64,000 nucleotides of DNA, taken from a virus (Duplodnaviria > Caudoviricetes). The position numbers and the translations under genes are program-made. The notes beneath the pieces are model-generated. The model did no database searches. It was not told the DNA's origin and saw nothing but the letters and a program-made list of their open reading frames with translations. Position 1 is the first letter of the stretch; each line of letters starts with the position of its first letter. Below are positions 1 through 8,851 of this stretch, in pieces. The stretch lies in the IMG/VR virus record IMGVR_UViG_3300037400_002699, positions 70,274-134,273 of that record. The stretch is one strand, 5' to 3'.

Positions 1-24
1 TATTTATATTAAAATAGGAAGATT

Positions 25-258
25 ATGAGCAAGATTGTAAATATATCAGAAGAGAAATTCAGAAAGGCACTTAGAAGTATTGTAAAGGAACAAGAAGACG
101 TATATAACAATTATGAAGTGTTTAATGACCAGGAAAATGCCATACCTAATCCAAATGACAGAACATTAGATAATCACGAGGAGAGTACCGCTGGGGTGAA
201 TAATATAGACCAAACTGTGTACGAGCCAGATGGTAACAAGGATATTGAAAATCCATAA
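25..258 (+). CDS. Small acidic hypothetical protein with a leader resembling the 'IRLTESDL' family
   Basis: 77-aa ORF preceded by TATTTATA and followed by a hairpin terminator; N-terminus MSKIVNISEEKFRKALRSIVKE. Confidence 0.7.
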   Translation: MSKIVNISEEKFRKALRSIVKEQEDVYNNYEVFNDQENAIPNPNDRTLDNHEESTAGVNNIDQTVYEPDGNKDIENP

Positions 259-263
259 AATAT

Positions 264-293
264 AAAAAGCGAGACGTTTGTCCCGCTTTTTTT
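264..293. terminator. Bidirectional intrinsic terminator
   Basis: AAAAAGCG-AGAC-GTTT-GTCC-CGCTTTTTTT hairpin between convergent genes. Confidence 0.75.
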
Positions 294-294
294 G

Positions 295-987
295 TTATGA
301 ATTTAATATACTTTTAATCTTGCTTATTTTCTCATTGACGATAGACTTTGTATCCTTTGTCGTGTTACTTTCAACATACTGCTGTAGGTCTTCAGCTTGT
401 CCTACCCAAGCACCTGGTGTTGACGGGTCTGATACAACGTCCCAGCATATAAGTTCGAAATCATCTCCTACTATATACTGTCCTAATTTCTGCTCTACTG
501 AGCCTACACCTCTTGAAGATACGCCAATCTTTATTCCATTAAGAAGAAGGTTAGCCATTTGGTCTCCACGTGTTGAGACTATTCCATACTTTCTGAAACC
601 GTATGATGTATTAATCATGCACTTTCCGACAAGTGTCCTACCTTCCCAGTGAAGCTCTGTAATGTTGATGGCTATTCTATCAAGGTCTATAGTTGACTCT
701 GCTGGGTGGTTAAGTTCACCTATTGCATTGCTTTCCTGTATTTTTTTCTGGTATATTTCAACTTGTCTCTTTAACACGTTTTCTGGATATATTCTGCCGT
801 TAGCATTTTTGATACCGAACTTCTGGAATACTGCGTCAACAATGAATGGGTGTGGCACATGCCATTCCCCGTCTATACCCTCAGTTATCTTCTGAGGGTT
901 CTTGAGAAACATGTATCCGTCCTTCTCTATTAGAATACCATGTCCCGTCTTACCTTCCTTTATTATTTCAAGTTCTTTTTTCATCAC
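295..987 (-). CDS. Prohead core protein protease (T4 gp21-like)
   Basis: Motifs KNANGRIYP, GELNHP (catalytic His), GVSSRGVGS (catalytic Ser), WDVVSDPSTPGAW. Confidence 0.95.
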   Translation of the reverse strand: MMKKELEIIKEGKTGHGILIEKDGYMFLKNPQKITEGIDGEWHVPHPFIVDAVFQKFGIKNANGRIYPENVLKRQVEIYQKKIQESNAIGELNHPAESTIDLDRIAINITELHWEGRTLVGKCMINTSYGFRKYGIVSTRGDQMANLLLNGIKIGVSSRGVGSVEQKLGQYIVGDDFELICWDVVSDPSTPGAWVGQAEDLQQYVESNTTKDTKSIVNEKISKIKSILNS

Positions 988-1118
988 TACATTTTTTTAA
1001 TATAAATATTTCGCAGTCTTTAAATATTTATATAATAGACTATTTAATCATGGATATGCGGAAATGGCTGTAAATCAACTTTTTTAAGGGATTTACAAAG
1101 TTTTTTTGTATTTGTGGT

Positions 1119-1127
1119 ATATTTATA
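1119..1127 (+). promoter_or_regulatory. Candidate phage late promoter ATATTTATA (representative copy)
   Basis: Same or near-same motif upstream of >15 genes on their coding strand, e.g. 2786, 5022, 6342, 23989, 25488, 30849, 35731, 36772, 58813 (+); 1001, 16326, 48750, 50778 (-). Confidence 0.7.
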
Positions 1128-1160
1128 TTTAAAAATAATAACGTATTTAAACTATTTTCT

Positions 1161-2765
1161 ATGAGCAAGATTAGAAGCAAAGTAGTAAGGGAATCTTTAT
1201 TGGATTACAATACACTCGCAAATTCTTTGAAGGAAAATACGGAGAGCGCAGTCAAGACTCTTCTTGATGAGGCTGTGCGTGATACATATGCCAAGTTATT
1301 GTCTGAAGACAATGACAAGGACTATGATGAAGAGGATGTAGAAGTGGATGATACTCAAGATTCTGATGCTATGCCAGATGACGCTGGAGAAGGCGGCGAA
1401 GAGTCTACAGATGATGTGGATGACGCTGACGCTGGTATGGACACTGACGATGTTGATGACACTGACGTTGATGGTGGTGACTCTTTCAAGGGTGGCGATG
1501 CTAATACTGAGGTTGATGAAACTGAAGACGGTGAAGGCGATGGATGGGCTGAGTTTGACAAGTACAAGGTATCGGACGACGAGTATGACTTCTCAAATGC
1601 GGAAGACGAGGAAATCGTAAAGGTTTACAAACTGATGAAAAATGATGACCAAATTCTCGTACATAAAGACGAGGACAAGGTTAAGATTCAAGACAATGAA
1701 ACTGGAGCTGAATACCTAATCGACCTTGGTGGTGATGAGGCAGCTGGCGTAGCTGCTACTGAACCAGGAGAAGACGAGGCAAATTTTGAACTTGAAATGG
1801 GTGATGATGATGCTGAGGACTTTGAAGGCGATGCTGAAGGCATCGATACTGAGGGAGACGAAGATATTGATTCTATGGTTGATAGTGAAGGTGAAGATGA
1901 TGATTTTAATAACATTGATGACGATATGAATGAATCAACAGAAAGAATGTTTGAGCTTGTATTGGAGTACGACTCAAACGTAGGATACACTGACAACTAT
2001 CAGAAAAAGGACGTAATGACCAACCCAGGCATGTCAGAGCCAGGCAAGAATGTAAACGACTGGGATGCAGGCGTACCAAAGGGCGATGCAAAGCCTTGGT
2101 CTGGATATCCAGGTAAGAAGAAGAAAGCAGACGCACCTTTCAATGCTGAAAAGGGCAAGCAGGTTGAGGAGAGTGTTGAGGAAATCAACGAGCTTAAGAC
2201 AAATGCTGAGCACGCTGCTAACAACGGTAGCACATCTAGGACTGATGGACCTAATAACCCACGTAGGCGTACTGGACGTAGTTTCCATACTGCACAGAGG
2301 GGACAGGAAAGCGGAACTGGAGACAATGCTTATTCACCAGGTGGTGATGCAAACAACGTGACGGTTGATGTTAAGGTTGAGAACATTATGAGGAGAGTTA
2401 ATAAGACCCTTAAGGAAAATAAGGAGTTAAAGGGTACTCTTACAAATGTGATGACATCTCTTAAGGAGGCTGCTGTAACCAACCACAATCTTGCACAGAT
2501 TATTAAGCTTATCTCTGAGAACTCTACCACACAGGATGAGAAGAAGGAGATAATCGGAAGGTTTGCTAAGGAGGCTAAGACCATCGATGCTTCAAAGAGG
2601 TTGTATGAGTCTATCAGCCAGGACTTGAAAAAGTTACATAAGATGAACATCACTGAGGGCACAAACCTTACAGTTGAGAGTTCAAAGAAAATCAATGAGA
2701 CTCCAATTTACAAGTCACAGGACATCATGGAATCTCTTGACCTTATGCACAGGATGATGAAATAA
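1161..2765 (+). CDS. Prohead scaffold/core protein (gp22-like position), very acidic
   Basis: D/E-rich body, C-terminal coiled coil, many L/I-x-E motifs typical of gp21 substrates; directly upstream of the MCP. Confidence 0.75.
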   Translation: MSKIRSKVVRESLLDYNTLANSLKENTESAVKTLLDEAVRDTYAKLLSEDNDKDYDEEDVEVDDTQDSDAMPDDAGEGGEESTDDVDDADAGMDTDDVDDTDVDGGDSFKGGDANTEVDETEDGEGDGWAEFDKYKVSDDEYDFSNAEDEEIVKVYKLMKNDDQILVHKDEDKVKIQDNETGAEYLIDLGGDEAAGVAATEPGEDEANFELEMGDDDAEDFEGDAEGIDTEGDEDIDSMVDSEGEDDDFNNIDDDMNESTERMFELVLEYDSNVGYTDNYQKKDVMTNPGMSEPGKNVNDWDAGVPKGDAKPWSGYPGKKKKADAPFNAEKGKQVEESVEEINELKTNAEHAANNGSTSRTDGPNNPRRRTGRSFHTAQRGQESGTGDNAYSPGGDANNVTVDVKVENIMRRVNKTLKENKELKGTLTNVMTSLKEAAVTNHNLAQIIKLISENSTTQDEKKEIIGRFAKEAKTIDASKRLYESISQDLKKLHKMNITEGTNLTVESSKKINETPIYKSQDIMESLDLMHRMMK

Positions 2766-2834
2766 GCATTTTTTGAATTTTGTGTATATTTATAATTAAA
2801 GAAAAATAACATAAGTTAAACTTCATTTATCTAT

Positions 2835-4871
2835 ATGAAAGAATTTTTATCTAGTGGCGTAGTTGGTAATATTGAGTACAACGCCCAGAAACAGATACGT
2901 GAGAGCATTCAGAACCGTTGGGACCAGCTCGGATTTACTGAGGGTCTTCCAGAGGGTATCAAGGAGAATGTTGCTACGTTGTATGAGAATGAGGCTAAGC
3001 ACTTGATTTATGAGGCTACAGCTTCTGACAATAGCGGTTCATTCGAGACTGTGGTATTCCCTATCATCCGTAGGGTATTCAGCAGACTTCTTGCTAATGA
3101 CATCGTTTCAGTACAGGCTATGAACCTTCCTGTAGGTAAGTTGTTCTTCATCCTCCCTGTTACTTCAGAGAGAGAGTGGGAGCTTCCAGCAGAGATGACT
3201 GGCGACACTGAGCCTGGCGATATTGTAGACGGAACAACTGGTCGTCACCTTGGTCTTATGGGTTATGACAGAGTTAACCGTAACAAGGAAGGACGTGTTG
3301 AGCCACGTTACTATCTCCCAGACGAGACAATCAATGAGCTTCAGAATGCATGGTACATCCCAGTTCTTAGCGACGAGGATACCTATGATACATTCGACGC
3401 TGCTAAGGAAGCTGCTATTGCAGCTGGTCTTAACCCAACAGCTATTCGTAGAGTAGGACCAGAGGTTACTCAGTACTTCCAGAAGAGTCTTTACGACTTG
3501 TTCTACAATGACTTCTTGTATGACAACTCAAAGGGTAAGGTTACTATTAAGGTTGGTGAGGCTATCCCAGTATTCTTGACCCCTGGTGGTGTTCGCCCAT
3601 TCGGTGCTGACAACTTGAATCAGTACTTCCAGAGTGGATTTGACGGAACTATCCGTAACGTCATCCTTGAGATTGATGGTTTCTCTTCATTCAACGCTTC
3701 TAAGTTGACTGGTCCTGACGGAAACGAAATGGACACTGAGGAGTTCCTTGCTTCATTGAAGGTTATCACACAGAAGGCTATTGCAGCTCAGAATGCTCCT
3801 GGTTCAGAGGACGTTAAGACTTCTGCTTTCAGAAAGTTTGAGTCTGTTCCATTCAGAGTAGTTACTCAGAAGTATGGTAAGGGTATCGTAGAGTACGGTG
3901 CTGCTTGCGACGCAGAGGGTAAGATGTATATCGAGCTTGACCTTGCTAAGCCAGTTATCCAGCAGGCTGGAACAATCGATGGTTACATCGGTGTTGCTGC
4001 TTCAGAGCTTGACGCTGCAATTGTTAAGAGTGGAAACACTATTGACTACGAGGCAACTAAGGAGAATATCAAGTCTTTGTTCAAGATTGCTTGGGCACAG
4101 TATGATTCTCTTGAGCTTGAGACTGAAATCGGTGAGGTTTCATTCAAGTTGGATTCAGTAACTGTATCAGTTGTAGAGAGAAAGCTTCGTGCTACCTGGT
4201 CTCCAGAGCTTGCACAGGACGTTTCTGCATTCCACAACATCGACGCAGAGGCTGAGTTGACAGCTATCCTTTCAGAGCAGATTGCTGCTGAGATTGACCG
4301 TGAGATTCTCCGTGACCTTAGAAAGGGAGCGCCTTGGCAGGCACGTTGGGATGTCAATGGTTGGAGGAGAATGGCTGCATTCTCTACAAACTACACCCAG
4401 AAGGACTGGAATCAAGAGTTGATGACTAAGATTAACCAGATTTCTGCACAGATTCACAAGTCTACACTTCGTGGTGGTGCTAACTTCATCGTTGTATCTT
4501 CAGAGATTTCTGCATTGTTCGATAACTTGGAGTTCTTCCACGTATCTGACGCTTCAGCAGAGAGCGACCAGTACAACATGGGTATCGAGAAGATTGGAGC
4601 ACTTAACGGACGTTACACCGTATATCGTGACCCATATTCTCCACACTGGTCAATCATCATTGGTCACAAGGGTAAGTCACTTCTTGACACTGGTTACATC
4701 TATGCACCATATGTGCCAATGCAGTTGACTCCTACAATGTACAACCCATTCAACTTCGCACCCGTAAAGGGGATAATGACGAGGTACGCTAAAAAGATGG
4801 TAAATAATCGTTACTATGGACATGTTCGTGTAGACGGTCTCGTACATTGGAGCATCAACGAATTCAGATAA
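2835..4871 (+). CDS. Major capsid protein (T4 gp23-like) with large internal insertion
   Basis: Motifs PIIRRVF, DIVSVQAM, RKLRATWSPELAQD, DAEAELTAILSEQIAAEIDREI, YAPYVPMQ, GIMTRY; strong codon bias. Confidence 0.97.
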   Translation: MKEFLSSGVVGNIEYNAQKQIRESIQNRWDQLGFTEGLPEGIKENVATLYENEAKHLIYEATASDNSGSFETVVFPIIRRVFSRLLANDIVSVQAMNLPVGKLFFILPVTSEREWELPAEMTGDTEPGDIVDGTTGRHLGLMGYDRVNRNKEGRVEPRYYLPDETINELQNAWYIPVLSDEDTYDTFDAAKEAAIAAGLNPTAIRRVGPEVTQYFQKSLYDLFYNDFLYDNSKGKVTIKVGEAIPVFLTPGGVRPFGADNLNQYFQSGFDGTIRNVILEIDGFSSFNASKLTGPDGNEMDTEEFLASLKVITQKAIAAQNAPGSEDVKTSAFRKFESVPFRVVTQKYGKGIVEYGAACDAEGKMYIELDLAKPVIQQAGTIDGYIGVAASELDAAIVKSGNTIDYEATKENIKSLFKIAWAQYDSLELETEIGEVSFKLDSVTVSVVERKLRATWSPELAQDVSAFHNIDAEAELTAILSEQIAAEIDREILRDLRKGAPWQARWDVNGWRRMAAFSTNYTQKDWNQELMTKINQISAQIHKSTLRGGANFIVVSSEISALFDNLEFFHVSDASAESDQYNMGIEKIGALNGRYTVYRDPYSPHWSIIIGHKGKSLLDTGYIYAPYVPMQLTPTMYNPFNFAPVKGIMTRYAKKMVNNRYYGHVRVDGLVHWSINEFR

Positions 4872-4897
4872 TAAATAACTGAAAATCAATAACTTAC

Positions 4898-4933
4898 AAA
4901 GGTTGCCAAGTCAATAGATTTGGCAACTTTTTT
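4898..4933 (+). terminator. Intrinsic terminator after MCP
   Basis: GTTGCCAA...TTGGCAAC stem followed by T-run. Confidence 0.8.
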
Positions 4934-5093
4934 GTTTTTTAATCCATTTTAACTTGAAAAAATATTATAAGTTAGAATGGATTATTTTTTATATAGGAAT
5001 GAAATTAAATGGATTATTTTGATATTTATATAAAAAAAGTTGGTTTAGAAAGAAACTAATGTTGTTTTTTAGAGATAAAACGTTATATTTTAT

Positions 5094-5480
5094 ATGCAGT
5101 ACTTTTATATTAAACAGGGCAGTACATTGCCAACACTTAGGATGGAGCTTATAGAGGATGGAAGACATGACTTCAACAAGTTCCATGAGTGCATACAGGC
5201 TGCTGACATAACTTTTACAATGACAAATATTGACACCAACGTTGTGAAGGTAGCAAAGAACAAGGCATACATCAAACTACGTGAGAACGATGATTGCACT
5301 GAACAGTATGTGATATGCTATGACTGGAAAGGTCATGATACCAAGGAGGCTGGCAGTTTTAAGGGTGTATTTGAAATAACATTCAGCGGAAATATAAAGA
5401 ATGATTCATATACCTACCCAAATGGCATACTAAACGCACCAATAAGGGAAGAGCTTATGGTCATAGTTCTTCCTAAATAA
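5094..5480 (+). CDS. Hypothetical virion protein, probable Ig-like/BppU-like beta-sandwich
   Basis: FYIKQGSTLP start, alternating beta-strand pattern, ATATTTATA at 5022. Confidence 0.55.
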   Translation: MQYFYIKQGSTLPTLRMELIEDGRHDFNKFHECIQAADITFTMTNIDTNVVKVAKNKAYIKLRENDDCTEQYVICYDWKGHDTKEAGSFKGVFEITFSGNIKNDSYTYPNGILNAPIREELMVIVLPK

Positions 5481-5500
5481 TTTGAATAAATTTTAATGTT

Positions 5501-5749
5501 ATGATTGAACCGAAATTTAATCCAGGTGATTATATTATAAACAGGACATCTGGAGATATGGCGATAGTTGACAAGGTTACTTCGAAGGGGTATTATCGTT
5601 TCAAGGCGTTTTATGGTAGCATGTTTAATGAATTCAAAGATGTGAAGGATAAAAATTTTGATTTGCAGATTAATTATCAGAAGTTTTATGACCTGTGTAA
5701 TGACGGTGAGAAGAAAAAACTCGATGAGTTAATAAAAGAGAAGGGATGA
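5501..5749 (+). CDS. Hypothetical protein
   Basis: 82-aa ORF starting PKFNPGDYI; ATGA overlap with next gene. Confidence 0.7.
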   Translation: MIEPKFNPGDYIINRTSGDMAIVDKVTSKGYYRFKAFYGSMFNEFKDVKDKNFDLQINYQKFYDLCNDGEKKKLDELIKEKG

Positions 5750-6276
5750 AAATAATAAGATTAACAGAGGGTGATTTACATAATATTGTTACAGAGGTTG
5801 TTGCGAACTTATGCGAATCATCAACCAGTGAAGTTGTCTTTCATTGTGGCGATGAACTAAACGAAAGGAGATTCAAGGATGTGATATGGTTTAGTTCTGA
5901 ACCTATTGGTTATTTCGGTTACCCACATAGATATGAGGTGACGATGAACAACCCACTTGTGATAAACGCATTTGGTGCTGGCTGGAATGACAAGTTATGG
6001 CGGGAGTGTTGTAAACCAACTGGTGAGCCAAAATGCCCTCCAGATGACCCAAGTCTTGTATCAAGAGCACCTGCCTTTATATGGAAAATGGTACAAGAGT
6101 CAGATGATGAGATAGAATATGGAGACATACCTTACATAGTTAAGCATATGCGTAATGAGGGTAAGGTAAATTATGATGGGGTTATAATAAAAGAAATTTA
6201 CGAAACGCCAACTTGTAATATTAAGACTGATGACTATGTTGTTTTCAGCATGAAACAAATAAAACTAGTAAAATAA
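5746..6276 (+). CDS. ADP-ribosyltransferase-fold (ART-PolyVal-like) protein with IRLTE leader
   Basis: VVFHCG...IWFS...MNNPLVI...YDGVII...YVVFSMKQIK pattern; N-terminus MKIIRLTEGDLHNIVTE. Confidence 0.55.
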   Translation: MKIIRLTEGDLHNIVTEVVANLCESSTSEVVFHCGDELNERRFKDVIWFSSEPIGYFGYPHRYEVTMNNPLVINAFGAGWNDKLWRECCKPTGEPKCPPDDPSLVSRAPAFIWKMVQESDDEIEYGDIPYIVKHMRNEGKVNYDGVIIKEIYETPTCNIKTDDYVVFSMKQIKLVK

Positions 6277-6305
6277 AAGGGTTAGCAGTTGCTAACCCCT
6301 TTTTT
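6275..6305 (+). terminator. Intrinsic terminator
   Basis: GGGTTAGCA-GT-TGCTAACCC followed by T-run. Confidence 0.8.
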
Positions 6306-6383
6306 GTTTATAAATATTACCTAACTTTTAATATGGGCTAAATATTTATAGTAAATTACGTAATTAAAAATATTTAGAGAATT

Positions 6384-8822
6384 ATGGCTAAAAAGCAATT
6401 TATAAGGCATCTAGAATACTATGGGTTTCCAGACCAGAACCAGTATACTAGTGAGTTTAATGGTGTTGACTTGTCAGATATCCGTCAAAAGAACAAGGAA
6501 CAGGACGAGGAAATAGGTGAACTTGAGACTGATAAAGCAGATAAGAAGAGCCTTAATGAACTTAGTGGTACTGTTGAAAATCTAATAGCAGCGCAATCTG
6601 AGGTCAATGAGGAGTTTGCAGAAGCAATCAGTGGTATTACATCTGATATTGGAAAATTAAAGGAAATTGATAATGAGTACGGAGAACAACTTAGTGCTCT
6701 TACCGACAGTCTTAATGATGTGATAGAGGATGTTAATGAGCTTGATGATAAGGTTGATGATATTAACGGTGACATTGAAGAGCTTAGCGGAAAAGTTGAG
6801 ACGTTGAGTGCTGAGACTGAAGAAAAGTTTAATGAGGTATCGGAAGAACTTGACAAAAAGCTTGATAAGTCTGAGGCTGAAGAGACTTATGCAAAGAAAG
6901 ATGAATGTGTCACAAGGGAATATCTTGATGAAAGGCTTGAGCCGTATGCCACGAAGGAATGGATTCAAGAGTCTGGTTATATGACGCAAGAACAGGCTGA
7001 TGATAGGTATGCCAAGAAAGAGACTGTTGATGCACTTTCTGACAGATTGAATGATGCAGTTACTGACCTTAACACGAAGATATATACGGTAAGTGGCGAT
7101 TTACAGTCATTCTCTTCAGTTACCAATAACAGAATGGGCGTTATTGAAACCAACTTCGAGACACTTAGGGGCGAGACTGACAGGAAAATCAACGCCATCA
7201 GTGCTGCTGTAGATACGTTTGATAGTAGGATAACACAGAATGAGGAGGATATAGAAGACCTTGAGGATGATTTGGCTAGGAAGGCTAACCAAGCTGACCT
7301 TGAGAACCTACAGTCAAAGGTTTCAAACCTTTCAGATGTGGTTGACGCAAAGGTTGGTAAACCAGAGTTCGAGGCATACAAGAGTTCTGTTGCAAACCAG
7401 TTCAATAATATGGACAACAAGAAGGCTGACAAGTCAGCTTTCACGCAAGCAATGGATGCCATTGAAGATGCCAATAACAGGCTTGACCAGGAGATTGAGA
7501 ATAGAATAGCTGGCGATGCAAACCTTCAGAATCAGATTGATGCCCTTGATGGTGAGGTAGACGCATTAAGCGAAGAAGTTGAAGGATTCGATGGCAGAAT
7601 AAGTGCCGTTGAGGATGGGCTTGCACAGGAAATCATAGATAGAAAACAAGCAGACCTAGACCTTATCGGAACTGAAGGCGATGACAAGGATGATGATACC
7701 ATTTGGGGTGCTAAGAATTATGCAAAATGGCAGAAGACAATTGCAACAAGAGAGGCAAATGCATATACAGATAGCAAGGTAACTGAGATAAACAGTAGAA
7801 TAGACCAGGAGCACGAATGGGCTGAGCAGAATTTCTCAAGTGCAGCATCAAAGGCTTATGTAGAGTCTATGATTAATGAAGCAGAGTCAGAACTTGAGAC
7901 TGAGATAACAAATGCAGTTAATGAAGAGTCAGATAGAGCTACCGCTGCTGAAGAAGACCTTCTTAGGAGAATTATTGAGGTTCTTAGGGCATTAGGTGAA
8001 AATGACAGGTTGCTAGACCTTCTTACAAATAGGGTCAATGCCATAACAGCTTGGGACGGAACAGACCCAGATGAATACGACAACACTGGAAACGGTGTAC
8101 TTGACGTTCTTCACAGGGAATTCCACGAGTTTGAAAAGACAGGTGGCTCAATCAAGGAGATACGTGTTGAAGGAGATAACCTAATCATTGCCTATTACAC
8201 TAAGGATGGCGAGAAGGAAACAGTAATCTCTATTGGAGAACTTATCGACCTTGATAACTATTACAATAAGCAAGAGACAGATGCATTGCTTGCTGAAAAA
8301 CTTGATGTGTCTGCATATACTGATATATCTGAGCAAGTGACTGCCAATACGCAGAACATAGCAATATTGAGCGGGGCTGTACAAGATGAAGCCGATAGGG
8401 CTTCTTCTGCTGAGACAGTACTTGATGAGAAAATAGATGCTGAAGTAGAAAGGGCAGTAAGTGCTGAGACTGAACTACAGAACACAATCAGCGAGACTGG
8501 CAGCGCCCTTGATGCATTGATTAACAAACTTGGCTATACTGATAATGATACGCTTGTAAGGAACGGAGACCATGAAGCAGCATTCGGACAGTATAATATA
8601 AGCAACACAAGTGAAGATGCATCTGGACGAACCCTATTCTCAATCGGTAACGGCACTGATGATGAGAACAGGAGCAATGCTCTTGAGGTGAAGGAGAACG
8701 GAGATGTCTATCTTTGGATTGAAGGTGAGTTTATGAACATTAATAAGCTACTTGGACAGATTGCACATGAAGTATATGACAATGATAGCACACATAACAG
8801 TCATTTCTTTGATGGAAACTAA
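6384..8822 (+). CDS. Long coiled-coil fibre protein
   Basis: Heptad-rich acidic body; C-terminal GQYN...LFSIGNG...NALEVKENGDVY motif shared with 25602..28709. Confidence 0.8.
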   Translation: MAKKQFIRHLEYYGFPDQNQYTSEFNGVDLSDIRQKNKEQDEEIGELETDKADKKSLNELSGTVENLIAAQSEVNEEFAEAISGITSDIGKLKEIDNEYGEQLSALTDSLNDVIEDVNELDDKVDDINGDIEELSGKVETLSAETEEKFNEVSEELDKKLDKSEAEETYAKKDECVTREYLDERLEPYATKEWIQESGYMTQEQADDRYAKKETVDALSDRLNDAVTDLNTKIYTVSGDLQSFSSVTNNRMGVIETNFETLRGETDRKINAISAAVDTFDSRITQNEEDIEDLEDDLARKANQADLENLQSKVSNLSDVVDAKVGKPEFEAYKSSVANQFNNMDNKKADKSAFTQAMDAIEDANNRLDQEIENRIAGDANLQNQIDALDGEVDALSEEVEGFDGRISAVEDGLAQEIIDRKQADLDLIGTEGDDKDDDTIWGAKNYAKWQKTIATREANAYTDSKVTEINSRIDQEHEWAEQNFSSAASKAYVESMINEAESELETEITNAVNEESDRATAAEEDLLRRIIEVLRALGENDRLLDLLTNRVNAITAWDGTDPDEYDNTGNGVLDVLHREFHEFEKTGGSIKEIRVEGDNLIIAYYTKDGEKETVISIGELIDLDNYYNKQETDALLAEKLDVSAYTDISEQVTANTQNIAILSGAVQDEADRASSAETVLDEKIDAEVERAVSAETELQNTISETGSALDALINKLGYTDNDTLVRNGDHEAAFGQYNISNTSEDASGRTLFSIGNGTDDENRSNALEVKENGDVYLWIEGEFMNINKLLGQIAHEVYDNDSTHNSHFFDGN

Positions 8823-8851
8823 AAATAAATTATAATAACAAATAGAATATT

